Virus record (IMG/VR): IMGVR_UViG_3300044445_000018
Span: 1-64,000 of that record
Source: a virus
Direction: 5' to 3' (one strand)
DNA: 64,000 nt
The notes below the pieces were generated by a model, which was not told where the DNA came from, did not search any database, and worked only from the letters and a program-made list of their open reading frames with translations. Both the position numbers and the translations under genes were made by a program. Every line of letters begins with the position of its first letter. Positions within the stretch are counted from its first letter, which is position 1. Below are positions 47,210-55,652 of the stretch, piece by piece.

Positions 47210-47757
47210 CACTTCACGAACCTGATCACAGCGTCTGCCTGCTTGCGGGCGGCATCAAGCTTGTCTTGCCACTCCTTACTCTCCCCAAGCATTTGCTCGT
47301 ATTCGAGGAGGTCGATGATGTCGGCCTCGCTCAGCCCGTCGTACGCAGAGACAAGAATTACCCACGCCATTCTCTCGCGACGCTCGTGTGCCTTTTCCTC
47401 GTCTGAAGCCCTGCGGCGCAGGTTCTTCGCGCTGAAGATGTGCAAGCTTTTGCGGTCATCCTCCACCACATAGCGACGCTGACCATCCCGCTTGAGGAAT
47501 GACGCCACGACGGTTCCGGGGAACAGGTACTCGCCCCCATTCTTCTCGACAGGCGTGGTGATGGGGAATGGGTCGTCGGGGTCGGTCAACAAGACCTGTG
47601 CGTCGAGCACAGGCATTTGAGCAAACTGCTCCAGAATACGTGCCGCCTCTTTGAGCGTGTCTTTGCTAATCTCGTCAGGGATGCGGGCGCGCTCTTTGCA
47701 CCTGTAGGCGACATCCTCAGCTTCCATCACGAGGTCATTGATTTTCTTACCGGTCAC
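47209..47757 (-). CDS. hypothetical protein (182 aa)
   Basis: GTG 47757 is 5 nt after AAGGAGG. Confidence 0.5.
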   Translation of the reverse strand: MTGKKINDLVMEAEDVAYRCKERARIPDEISKDTLKEAARILEQFAQMPVLDAQVLLTDPDDPFPITTPVEKNGGEYLFPGTVVASFLKRDGQRRYVVEDDRKSLHIFSAKNLRRRASDEEKAHERRERMAWVILVSAYDGLSEADIIDLLEYEQMLGESKEWQDKLDAARKQADAVIRFVK

Positions 47758-47917
47758 GCGGACCTCCTTGCTCAAAGCGGTTGTCTTGGACGCGGCCCGC
47801 CAGGGTGACGGGCTTGCGCTTGTTGGCCGAGGGTGCCGCGACCATGCGGTACACGTCCTTCAGGCACTCTCGATCAGACTTGGGCCGCACGTTGATGGAC
47901 TTGATCGTTCTGATCAT
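47747..47917 (-). CDS. small basic protein (56 aa), not in ORF track
   Basis: MIRTIKSINVRPKSDRECLKDVYRMVAAPSANKRKPVTLAGRVQDNRFEQGGPRDR. Very GC-rich third positions. Overlaps both neighbours. Confidence 0.45.
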   Translation of the reverse strand: MIRTIKSINVRPKSDRECLKDVYRMVAAPSANKRKPVTLAGRVQDNRFEQGGPRDR

Positions 47918-48209
47918 CTTCTCGCTCTGTGACGTCAGTAGACGGGTGGGGGCTGTCGAAGTCCCCGTGCCAAAGGTCCAGGCTCATGATCATCGTATGC
48001 CGGTGACGATCATTGACCGTCACTTTCTCGTACTGGCTCGGCTTAACCTCTGGTTTCGTGAATTGCAGCGCGCACGCGACAGCACTGTCGAGGTCACGGA
48101 AAGCCTGAGAAGTCGTCCCGCCCTCACGCGAGAGGGTGATGACGACGTAGCGAGCGGCGTCACGAGCCCATAAACCTCCCCCCACTTTCTTGAACCCGTT
48201 GTCGCTCAT
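47874..48209 (-). CDS. hypothetical protein (111 aa)
   Basis: ATG after AAGGA. Confidence 0.5.
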   Translation of the reverse strand: MSDNGFKKVGGGLWARDAARYVVITLSREGGTTSQAFRDLDSAVACALQFTKPEVKPSQYEKVTVNDRHRHTMIMSLDLWHGDFDSPHPSTDVTEREDDQNDQVHQRAAQV

Positions 48210-48222
48210 GATCTGTGTCCTT

Positions 48223-48238
48223 GTGACGTTAATTGCAC
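48223..48238. promoter_or_regulatory. junction palindrome GTGACGTTAATTGCAC
   Basis: 4 nt after the stop at 48243. Abuts the SD of 47874..48209. Confidence 0.85.
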
Positions 48239-48242
48239 ACGC

Positions 48243-48959
48243 TCAGCGCCAGCGACGGTTGGCCACTTCCCGCCGTAGTTCCTCGGAGACCTCGGTGGTC
48301 TTGTCGAGCATGGCCACGAGTTCGTTGTACTGGTCCTCGTTCACGCGCAGCAGGCCCGGTGAAGTCTCTGCCGAACCCAAGACGGCCAGGGCCCCATGCA
48401 GGTAGTTGGATAAGTCCAGGGCCTCCTCATAGGCATGGCGCAGTAACTGCTCGTGGGTGAGCTTGGAGTTCCCCAGGGTCACACCGTACTTCTTGACGCC
48501 AAGGCGAGAGCGGGATCGAAGGTCTTGCACCACGCCCTCGATCACGGTGTCCGCGCAGGGATCGTCGCCCTTGATCTGGTTGAGGCCGATTACAGGTCCC
48601 TGCTCGCTGGTCAGCATGTCCTTGGCCGACTGCTCGACATCCTGCATGGTGGGGGACTTAGGTGCGTCGTAGGCCCCGCACAGCACGAACACCATCATGG
48701 CATAATTGGCGACGTCAGCCGCACGCTTTACTACCTCGATGCGTGACTGCGCCTCGGTATGCCCGGTGTGTAGGTTCCAAGCGCCGATAGCGTCATCGAG
48801 CCTATAGTGGACGCGTTCGAGATGCTGCGAGGCGACATAGGGGCAGTCCCATTGCTCCCAGGTTTGCCCGTGGTACTTCTTGTCACCACGACGGAGGCGC
48901 CGCTCCATCTCCTGGGCGAACGCGAGGACTTCGGGGCGCAGCGTTAATGTCTCGGACAT
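48243..48959 (-). CDS. tandem MazG-like nucleotide pyrophosphohydrolase-fold protein
   Basis: Two helical repeats: VKRAADVANYAMMV, and KKYGVTL...HAYEEALDLSNYL. ATG 48959. Confidence 0.45.
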   Translation of the reverse strand: MSETLTLRPEVLAFAQEMERRLRRGDKKYHGQTWEQWDCPYVASQHLERVHYRLDDAIGAWNLHTGHTEAQSRIEVVKRAADVANYAMMVFVLCGAYDAPKSPTMQDVEQSAKDMLTSEQGPVIGLNQIKGDDPCADTVIEGVVQDLRSRSRLGVKKYGVTLGNSKLTHEQLLRHAYEEALDLSNYLHGALAVLGSAETSPGLLRVNEDQYNELVAMLDKTTEVSEELRREVANRRWR

Positions 48960-48969
48960 GATGGTCTCC

Positions 48970-49215
48970 CTAGCGAAAGGCGATGATGTAGCCGCGATCC
49001 CAGCCCGTACAGACAGCACCCTTGACGTGCCGTCCGCTGGGACTGGTGGCGCGAAAGCCGGTGGATCGTGTGTCGTTGTGCCCACACATCAGAACGTCGA
49101 ACCCGGTGATCTCGATGTCCGTGTAGCCTGCTTTGGTGAGGACACGACGAGCCGTGGGTTCATCGCTACAAGCAGACAGCGCGAGCACAGTCAGGATGAC
49201 AGCTACCTGCTTCAT
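48970..49215 (-). CDS. lipoprotein (81 aa)
   Basis: MKQVAVILTVLALSAC signal peptide with lipobox. Confidence 0.55.
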   Translation of the reverse strand: MKQVAVILTVLALSACSDEPTARRVLTKAGYTDIEITGFDVLMCGHNDTRSTGFRATSPSGRHVKGAVCTGWDRGYIIAFR

Positions 49216-49239
49216 GGCGACCTCTGTGTACAATGGATG

Positions 49240-49512
49240 TCAGTTCAGGGTGACTTCTGCCCCCGTCATCTCTGCGATCACGTCCCACTCTGCATGGGAC
49301 AGACCGTGGAGACGCACTTCGTACTGAGTACCGGGGCGGTAGACCACGATCTCTTCTCCGAGATGGGTGACAGTCTCGTACTCGATGTGACTGTCGCTGC
49401 CGTTTATCTGGTTGTCGATCATGACGGTCGCTTCGATAAACGCTGCGACCACGCTCCTGGCGGTGGCAAAGTTCTGAACTTTGTCGCCGTACACAATACT
49501 GTACTGGTCCAT
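49240..49512 (-). CDS. hypothetical protein (90 aa)
   Basis: ORF-track ORF with an ATG start. Confidence 0.5.
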   Translation of the reverse strand: MDQYSIVYGDKVQNFATARSVVAAFIEATVMIDNQINGSDSHIEYETVTHLGEEIVVYRPGTQYEVRLHGLSHAEWDVIAEMTGAEVTLN

Positions 49513-49517
49513 GAATA

Positions 49518-50501
49518 CTAGCCCTTTTCTGTGAGGGGTGGTGAGTTAACTTTACCTTGTTGGACGCCTTGGTAAATGAGGAATTGCGAGGGGACTGGCA
49601 CGTCATGGCCTGCCTCAGAATTGGTCCCCACCATGTCGAGGTACTTCCACAGCTTCAGCTTCCCGAGGGCCGGGGTCTTGATCGCCATGTTCCAGTGCTG
49701 CTTGACAAGGTCTTTGGCTATGAACGCGACGCTCGTCTTGGCGAGGTAGCACAAACCCCCGGCCGGGTTGTCGGGATCGATGTACTTGTAGAACTCAGGG
49801 GTCTCCCCCACGATCATGTCGAACGGCACCTTGAACAGGTAGAACTGAGGCGTGAATGCTTTTGGCGCTTTGTCTACCGTCTTGACGCCGACTAGATAGC
49901 TGCCGACCTGGGTTTTAGCATTAGGATCAATCGTCAGGACGCCGTTGTCGTCTATACTCACCCCTGGCGGATTGCCTTGCACCGACCACTTTGCCTTGCC
50001 CGTGTTACCTGTCTTGGTCTCCGTAAATGTCGGCTTGTAAACTCCCGGCTCGGTGGGGACGCCCGAGATCGTCATACCGTCGTCGCTGACCTCGACCCCT
50101 GGCGGGAGACCGGACCACTTGTACGTGTGACCGGTGGGCTCAGCACTCCAGGCACCCTCTCCCATGGTGGCAGGTTTGCCGGAAATCGTGGGTGCAGCAG
50201 CCCCCGTCACTTTTAGCGGGTCGTAAGGCGCGCTCATGGCGGGTTTGATCCCGGCATGGACGGTCGGCATAATGGGCTTCTTCTTGGGTGTCGGGATCAT
50301 CTTGGACTTTATGGCGTGGTCCGAGACGAGAGACTTGCCCGAGAAGGCGGGCTCGTCGCTGCCGGGGTCGATGCTGACCTCAGGCTCCTTCACCACCCAT
50401 CCCGCCGGGGTCTTCTCGACCCAATGGTGCAGGCCGGTCTTCTTGAACTTCTTCGCCGCGACTTGACTGGCGATCAGTTCGCTCAGGTAGGTCTTCTCCA
50501 T
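49518..50501 (-). CDS. hypothetical protein with Ig-like LPPGV..G..ISG repeats (327 aa)
   Basis: GLPPGVEVSDDGMTISGVPTEPGVY and NPPGVSIDDNGVLTIDP. Confidence 0.5.
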   Translation of the reverse strand: MEKTYLSELIASQVAAKKFKKTGLHHWVEKTPAGWVVKEPEVSIDPGSDEPAFSGKSLVSDHAIKSKMIPTPKKKPIMPTVHAGIKPAMSAPYDPLKVTGAAAPTISGKPATMGEGAWSAEPTGHTYKWSGLPPGVEVSDDGMTISGVPTEPGVYKPTFTETKTGNTGKAKWSVQGNPPGVSIDDNGVLTIDPNAKTQVGSYLVGVKTVDKAPKAFTPQFYLFKVPFDMIVGETPEFYKYIDPDNPAGGLCYLAKTSVAFIAKDLVKQHWNMAIKTPALGKLKLWKYLDMVGTNSEAGHDVPVPSQFLIYQGVQQGKVNSPPLTEKG

Positions 50502-50502
50502 G

Positions 50503-51120
50503 TTAGGCTTCCTTCGGTATGTGGAGGCGGGGCGCCTGCTTGGGGGTCTCTTGCTCGATGGCAGCCATAGCCATGGAATGGCCGAACGCGGGGTCCAGTT
50601 GTACTCCCGCTCTCCAGTACGTCACGGCGACGTAGGGCTGCCTCGGTTTGAAATACGAGGTCGTGGGCTGGGGAAGCTCTTTCGCTCCCGTGGTCATCAC
50701 CGCCACGAACAGTTCAGGCTGACCGGGGTCCTGGGTGTTGTCTGCCAGGATGTGTGCCGTCTTGTCGGACAGGGTCTGTGCGTCGATCCTGTGAGCGTAG
50801 GAGGGCATCGCCAGGAAGGGGCAGACTTGCAGGGCGTACTCCACGCACTCCTTGTGCATGGCAGGGTCCACGTAGGCCCCGTGAGGGTGGAAGGCTGACT
50901 TCGGCCCGCCCACGTACCAACGCCCGCGCAGCAACTTCTGACCGCAGATCGAGCAGCGATCCTCGCGGATAGCCTTGGCCCGCATGACGTCGGAGTTGAT
51001 CGTGAAGTGCGGTCGGCCCGTGCTGTCCCGGAACACGATGTACGGCACGGGGTAGCCCCGCCTGTCTTTCGACATGCCAATCATACGCACAGGGATGGCG
51101 ACGTTGAGGAACGGCTTCAC
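50503..51120 (-). CDS. hypothetical Cys-containing protein (205 aa)
   Basis: GTG 51120 is 6 nt after AAGGAG. CSICGQK...HKECVEYALQVCP. Confidence 0.5.
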   Translation of the reverse strand: MKPFLNVAIPVRMIGMSKDRRGYPVPYIVFRDSTGRPHFTINSDVMRAKAIREDRCSICGQKLLRGRWYVGGPKSAFHPHGAYVDPAMHKECVEYALQVCPFLAMPSYAHRIDAQTLSDKTAHILADNTQDPGQPELFVAVMTTGAKELPQPTTSYFKPRQPYVAVTYWRAGVQLDPAFGHSMAMAAIEQETPKQAPRLHIPKEA

Positions 51121-51132
51121 GATCAACTCCTT

Positions 51133-51148
51133 GTGCAGTTAATTGCAG
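51133..51148. promoter_or_regulatory. junction palindrome GTGCAGTTAATTGCAG
   Basis: 4 nt after the stop at 51153. Abuts the SD AAGGAG. Confidence 0.85.
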
Positions 51149-51152
51149 ATGG

Positions 51153-51839
51153 TCAGCCCTTAACGACGTGCTCGACGCCGCTTTCGAGGACGATCACGAT
51201 GCGGTCACACTGCGAGAGCAGGTATTGAGACACCGCACGGTAATTGCCGAAGTCCCGCATGTCCTTCTTATGATCGTCCACGTCAGCCCGAGTGAGACGC
51301 AGTTCGATCCTCTTGCCTTCTTGTCTGGCAAGCGAGCGAATGGTTCTGAACCGTTCCCCGATAGCGACGTCCGTGTTCCCGTTCTCGGACAGTTCCGCCA
51401 TCGTCACGACACGATGCTTGACGGTATCGGTCTTTGGTACGCGCGGAGTTCCCATCGGGCCGGGGTCGTCGCCGTGCAGACATTTGAACGTCATCATGGT
51501 CTGGATTTGCATCGCCCTGATGACTTCGAGCAGGCTCATGATCTGGAGGTTGTTCGCGACACACGTCAGCGATCCGAGGTCTCGGTTGTCCGCGATGCTC
51601 TGCGACTTGACGGTCAGTTCCTCGATCAATTGATCACAGAGGTCTTCGAGCTTCCAGCCGGTCGGGTAGCCCTGCTGCATCAGGACACCGGGGTACTCGT
51701 TCAGCGGTTTAACCCTGACGTCTAGGGTCCCTGGTCCCTTGAAATGCGCCTCGACCGCGTCTCGGGCGTACCCGACCGCCGTGTTGTCCATGTCGTTATC
51801 CACGGTGTCGAACGACACGACGTAAGCCAATTTGGTCAT
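51153..51839 (-). CDS. hypothetical protein (228 aa)
   Basis: ATG 51839 after AAGGAGAG. The track N-terminus upstream reads as off-frame. Confidence 0.5.
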   Translation of the reverse strand: MTKLAYVVSFDTVDNDMDNTAVGYARDAVEAHFKGPGTLDVRVKPLNEYPGVLMQQGYPTGWKLEDLCDQLIEELTVKSQSIADNRDLGSLTCVANNLQIMSLLEVIRAMQIQTMMTFKCLHGDDPGPMGTPRVPKTDTVKHRVVTMAELSENGNTDVAIGERFRTIRSLARQEGKRIELRLTRADVDDHKKDMRDFGNYRAVSQYLLSQCDRIVIVLESGVEHVVKG

Positions 51840-51841
51840 GG

Positions 51842-52159
51842 TCACTCTCCTTCTTCGAACAGGTTGACTTCGGTGATGGTTTCCATCCGCTGCACGATGC
51901 GCAGCGCATAGGGGTGCTTGCGAGCACGGATGAACGCCCACAGGTTCATGGCTGCCATCGGCGTGGCCACGATCATGCGCTCGCGGGCGAAGTCTATCCC
52001 GGTGTGGTTGACCACGCCAGGGAACTCCCGCAACTCCTGCCAGTCGGTGATGCACGTCCGCGCGCAATCACACCACTGCGGGTTGTTCATGCTGACGTTT
52101 AACATGGCCTGCACGACGTAGTACGTGGCGTCTCGATGACGGATGCGGTCAGACGACAT
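51842..52159 (-). CDS. hypothetical protein (105 aa)
   Basis: ORF-track ORF. Confidence 0.5.
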   Translation of the reverse strand: MSSDRIRHRDATYYVVQAMLNVSMNNPQWCDCARTCITDWQELREFPGVVNHTGIDFARERMIVATPMAAMNLWAFIRARKHPYALRIVQRMETITEVNLFEEGE

Positions 52160-52469
52160 AGTGGAGTCCCCAGCCTAGGGCCATGCCGATCAGCACAGCC
52201 GTGGTCATGACGGTGTTGTGGTGAGGAGCCCGCACGTACTTCTCGCGAATGACGCGGACAGTCTCGGGGACGGGCTCGGTGCCCTTGGACACAGCCATCT
52301 CGGGGGATGGTGTGGGGACGGTCTTGAGCACGGGGACGATGCGGATGTCCGCACTGTCGCTGATCTTGCCCGCCTTGACGAGGGCGCGGATGGCTTTGTC
52401 AGCCTTGCCGAAGTCCTCGTACTCGGTGGGCTGCCGCTTGCCGTCGATCTGAAGCTGAAGTGCGGGCAT
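52149..52469 (-). CDS. hypothetical protein with C-terminal TM segment (106 aa)
   Basis: ORF-track ORF. C-terminal VMTTAVLIGMALGWGL. Confidence 0.5.
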   Translation of the reverse strand: MPALQLQIDGKRQPTEYEDFGKADKAIRALVKAGKISDSADIRIVPVLKTVPTPSPEMAVSKGTEPVPETVRVIREKYVRAPHHNTVMTTAVLIGMALGWGLHYVV

Positions 52470-52702
52470 TAGCCGACCCGCATGAAGTGCTTGGCGGCGA
52501 TGGCTTCCATGTCGCGGAAGTCGCGGCCGTCGAGGTCGCCCACGTTGAACGACAGGATGTCCACGGCGTTGCGCAGCGTGGCGGGGTAGCCCGTCGCGTT
52601 GACGTAGAAGTCAATCTCGCGTTGCTGGACTTTGTAGCCGGTGTGCTCCTCGACGGCGAGGGCGGCGGCACGGGCGAGAGCGGGACGGAAAATGTTGGTC
52701 AC
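52469..52702 (-). CDS. hypothetical protein (77 aa)
   Basis: GTG start after AAGGAGGGG. Own promoter at 52740..52767. Confidence 0.5.
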   Translation of the reverse strand: MTNIFRPALARAAALAVEEHTGYKVQQREIDFYVNATGYPATLRNAVDILSFNVGDLDGRDFRDMEAIAAKHFMRVG

Positions 52703-52739
52703 AGGAAACCCCTCCTTGGGTTAGTGGAACCTGAGAATG

Positions 52740-52767
52740 AGTATAGGGGGAGGGGCGACAATGTAAA
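52740..52767 (-). promoter_or_regulatory. sigma70-like promoter TTTACA-16-TATACT
   Basis: Intergenic, upstream of 52469..52702. Confidence 0.65.
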
Positions 52768-52773
52768 GAAGGA

Positions 52774-52983
52774 TCAGACCTTCTGCGCCTTATAGCCTTC
52801 GAGGAAGTCGGCAGTACAGTGATCGCAGATGCGAAGGTCCCAAGGACCGTACCGCAAGCGGTGGCCCTTGGAACAGCGGACTGCCTGGACGTACTCAGCC
52901 CGCTCCTTGTTCGTCAGCTTCGTGAAGGCGAACTCGGAGAGGCCGTTACGGTCGAGCGATCTTGACGACATGCTGCACGCCAT
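52774..52983 (-). CDS. hypothetical small protein (69 aa)
   Basis: ORF-track ORF. Confidence 0.4.
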   Translation of the reverse strand: MACSMSSRSLDRNGLSEFAFTKLTNKERAEYVQAVRCSKGHRLRYGPWDLRICDHCTADFLEGYKAQKV

Positions 52984-53425
52984 CTTCGTCCATGTCGGAC
53001 AGTTCGACTTCTCGGGCCTGCCCGTTCTGCACGAAGTACGAGCGCGACCCCGACTTCACGAGAAAGCGGAGAGGCTTCTTCCCTTGATCGGTCGTGGCGT
53101 TGTAGAGGAACGCCGAGAACGGACCCTCCTGCCATGCCGCCGGAAAGCCGGGATCGACGTGACAGGTGATGACCTCCTGATCCACGGGAAAGGTCATGAC
53201 GACCTTGCACTTGTCGGGGCGCATCTCGGGGGGCAGGGCGTTGGGAGCCTCCTGAGACTGGAGCCACACGCAAGCGTAGTCATGGCACGACTGCGGCCGG
53301 GTCTCATATATCTTGCAGCCCTTACCGGGGTGCGTGTGCTTGCACCACTGGTTGATCGGCTTGTCGAACTCCTTGATCCCAAGCACCTTACAGCAGAGCG
53401 TGCAGGTTCCGCAGTCGCCAGCCAT
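52946..53425 (-). CDS. YkgJ-like CxxCxxCC zinc/iron-chelating domain protein
   Basis: MAGDCGTCTLCC at the N-terminus, with further Cys/His pairs. ATG after GGAAGGAAG. Confidence 0.55.
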   Translation of the reverse strand: MAGDCGTCTLCCKVLGIKEFDKPINQWCKHTHPGKGCKIYETRPQSCHDYACVWLQSQEAPNALPPEMRPDKCKVVMTFPVDQEVITCHVDPGFPAAWQEGPFSAFLYNATTDQGKKPLRFLVKSGSRSYFVQNGQAREVELSDMDEDGVQHVVKIARP

Positions 53426-53426
53426 T

Positions 53427-53633
53427 TTAGTCTTCCTTCCACACGAAGTTGACCGTATCACCGTCCGTCGCTGTGTGCCGCTGCTGCCGGTCAACGAGGC
53501 GGTACACGCCGGGCTTCATGTTGTGGGCTTTGGCATCATCGTATGCGCCGATGGCGAACGGGGGCAGGCTGAACTCCATCGCCCGGCTCTGTCCGTGCCG
53601 TGGCCCGCCTTGGTACGTGATGATGATCTGCAT
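53427..53633 (-). CDS. hypothetical protein (68 aa)
   Basis: ATG 6 nt after AAGGAG. Confidence 0.5.
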   Translation of the reverse strand: MQIIITYQGGPRHGQSRAMEFSLPPFAIGAYDDAKAHNMKPGVYRLVDRQQRHTATDGDTVNFVWKED

Positions 53634-53645
53634 GTCAGTCTCCTT

Positions 53646-53661
53646 GTGCAGTTAATGTCAC
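53646..53661. promoter_or_regulatory. junction palindrome GTGCAGTTAATGTCAC
   Basis: Contains the TGA stop of 53658..53858 and abuts the next SD. Confidence 0.85.
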
Positions 53662-53858
53662 AACTGGCCGATCCCGATCAGAACCAGCATGATCACCAGG
53701 GCCAGGGTGATGGCCCCTAGATGGATGTGCCAGATGAGGGCTAGGGGCTCCGTAGAAGGCCGTGGAGCGGCTTGAGGGGGTGTTGAGTAGGGATTGGTCC
53801 CTGTTACCTCCCTGAACGCCTTGTTGAACTCTGGACGTAGCTCTACCGGGTCGGCCAC
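53658..53858 (-). CDS. small protein with C-terminal TM segment (66 aa)
   Basis: GTG start after GAGGA. LGAITLALVIMLVLIGIG. Confidence 0.45.
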   Translation of the reverse strand: MADPVELRPEFNKAFREVTGTNPYSTPPQAAPRPSTEPLALIWHIHLGAITLALVIMLVLIGIGQL

Positions 53859-53865
53859 GGTGTCC

Positions 53866-54123
53866 TCACAGTTTGGCGAGATCGACGGTGAAGGTCTTCT
53901 TGCCGACCGGAGCGCGCTTCAGTTCGCCGGTCGGGAGGATGGCTGCGGCCACGCCCTTGTGATGGCGGATGAAGATAGCCGACTTGCCCCGGTACGTGCT
54001 GATCTTCTCGACGGACCAGCCGAGGCCGGTCACGTTAGTCACGCGCTCGGCCTGAATAGGCGTGCTGCGCTCAATGGCGATGTCGAGAAGCTCGGACTGC
54101 GACTGAACTCGGATGGTGCCCAT
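53866..54123 (-). CDS. hypothetical protein (85 aa)
   Basis: ATG after AAGGAGGG. Own promoter at 54162..54189. Confidence 0.5.
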   Translation of the reverse strand: MGTIRVQSQSELLDIAIERSTPIQAERVTNVTGLGWSVEKISTYRGKSAIFIRHHKGVAAAILPTGELKRAPVGKKTFTVDLAKL

Positions 54124-54161
54124 GATGCCCTCCTTGGCTGGGGTAGGTGTGACCTGGGATG

Positions 54162-54189
54162 ATCCTAGGGAAAATACGTCCCTTGTAAA
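54162..54189 (-). promoter_or_regulatory. sigma70-like promoter TTTACA-16-TAGGAT
   Basis: Directly follows the terminator at 54190..54220. Confidence 0.55.
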
Positions 54190-54220
54190 GAAGAAGCCCC
54201 CGCACCGTGAGGCGCGAGGG
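54190..54220 (-). terminator. intrinsic terminator
   Basis: Minus strand CCCTCGCGCC-TCAC-GGTGCGGGGG followed by CTTCTTCTTT. Confidence 0.6.
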
Positions 54221-54277
54221 CGTGAAGCTCAGTCACTTGGGAGGAAGGCCCCACCATAGTGGCGGGGCCGTCTTGTG

Positions 54278-55576
54278 TCAACCCAGATTGCCGTCCTCGG
54301 GAAGCTCGACGTTCACGACCACATTCGGGAACGCCGCCTCGATAGCGGCGAAGGCTTCCTCGACACCCGCCGCCTTGATCTGCTCGGCGAGGGACGGAAG
54401 CCCCTGGGCCTTGCCGCTGGCCTTGGCGTTGCCCGCGAGGAAGTCGAGACAGATGAAGTCGAGCGCCACGGTATCGACGGCGGTGCCGCTGTCCTTCTTC
54501 GCCTTCTCGATGGCGAGTTCGATGTTCTTCTTCTGGTCCTCGTGGACCTTGAAGGTCTTCGTGGTGACGGTGACGGCGGCGCCTTCCTGCACCTGGGCCG
54601 TGGTCTCGCCCTGGCTGGCCGCCGCCTTCTTGGCCGCCTTGACGCTGTCGATCAGTTGCAGGACCGTCTGGCTCTTGGCCAGTTCGACCCACTGATCCAC
54701 GTTCTCCGGGGTGATGACGTCCGCGATCTCCTTGAGCTTGGTCCAGCCGACGTCCTTGACGCTGTCCCAGGCGATCTTGTTCTCGACCAGGGCGTTGTAG
54801 ATGCCGACGTAGTACAGGGCCGTGCGGTACTGGAGGCCGTGGACCTGCTCGATGTACTCGCGGAAGGACGCGTAGGGGGCGTACCAGCCGTTGGACTGGA
54901 TCACCGCGAGGACGCCGCCGAGACGGAAGTAGGTGAGTTCAGTCTGGTCGTTCAGGATGGCCGCGAGTTCGAGCGCGTCCTTCTCCTTCAGGTTCTCGAC
55001 GTGGTGGGCGAAGTCCGCGATGGCGTCCTTGCCGGTCAGGTCCGCGACGACACCCGCCTTGGCCTTAGCCGGGGTGGTCTTGCCGCCCTTGGGCGCGGTG
55101 GCCGGCGCAGCGGTGGCAGCAGCGGGAGCAGCCGGGACTTCGGCAGCCACGGTCTCCGCAGCCGCTTCCGTGGTGGCCTCGGCCTCACCTTCGCCGCCGA
55201 ACATCTTCTTGATGATGGCTCGCTTCTCGGCGACCTTCATCTTGGCGAAGCCCTCGGGCATGTCCGCCTCGTAGCCGGCCTCCTTGATCATCTTGTCGAT
55301 CTCGGCGGACGACATCTTGTCCACGTCCACTTCCTGGGCCTCCTCGTTGACGGCCTCGGTGGTCGTCTCCGTGGCAGCCTCGGCGGCAGCGGTCTCGGCC
55401 GGGGTGGGTGTGGGGGTCTCGACCACGGGCGCGGTGGGCGCAGCGGCCTTGGTGCCGAACTTGATGCCGCCGGTCTTGGCGGGGGCAGCAGCCGGGGCCG
55501 GGGTGGCGGCAGCAGCGGGGACTTCGGCGGGCTTGGTCTTGCCCTTCAACAGCATAAGCGACGGGGAAGCGGTCAT
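54278..55576 (-). CDS. hypothetical protein: Ala/Pro/Glu-rich N-half, helical DNA-binding-like C-half (432 aa)
   Basis: ATG 6 nt after AAGGAGGA. No specific motif recognised. Confidence 0.5.
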   Translation of the reverse strand: MTASPSLMLLKGKTKPAEVPAAAATPAPAAAPAKTGGIKFGTKAAAPTAPVVETPTPTPAETAAAEAATETTTEAVNEEAQEVDVDKMSSAEIDKMIKEAGYEADMPEGFAKMKVAEKRAIIKKMFGGEGEAEATTEAAAETVAAEVPAAPAAATAAPATAPKGGKTTPAKAKAGVVADLTGKDAIADFAHHVENLKEKDALELAAILNDQTELTYFRLGGVLAVIQSNGWYAPYASFREYIEQVHGLQYRTALYYVGIYNALVENKIAWDSVKDVGWTKLKEIADVITPENVDQWVELAKSQTVLQLIDSVKAAKKAAASQGETTAQVQEGAAVTVTTKTFKVHEDQKKNIELAIEKAKKDSGTAVDTVALDFICLDFLAGNAKASGKAQGLPSLAEQIKAAGVEEAFAAIEAAFPNVVVNVELPEDGNLG

Positions 55577-55621
55577 GGTCCATCCTCCTTGATGCCCAAC
55601 GGGGGCTTGATGGGTGAGTTG

Positions 55622-55649
55622 ATGATAGAGGTTTGGCCGTCAATGACAA
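55622..55649 (-). promoter_or_regulatory. sigma70-like promoter TTGTCA-16-TATCAT
   Basis: Between the RuvC stop and 54278..55576. Confidence 0.5.
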
Positions 55650-55652
55650 CGG

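Noticed and set aside
49538-49556. Palindrome-like sequence GGTGAGTTAACTTTACC. Similar TTAA-containing near-matches occur around 18340, 38265 and 48941.
   Set aside because: The spacing of the outer TG/CA relative to TTAA is off by one, or the invariant bases are missing. These were not counted among the 26 sites.
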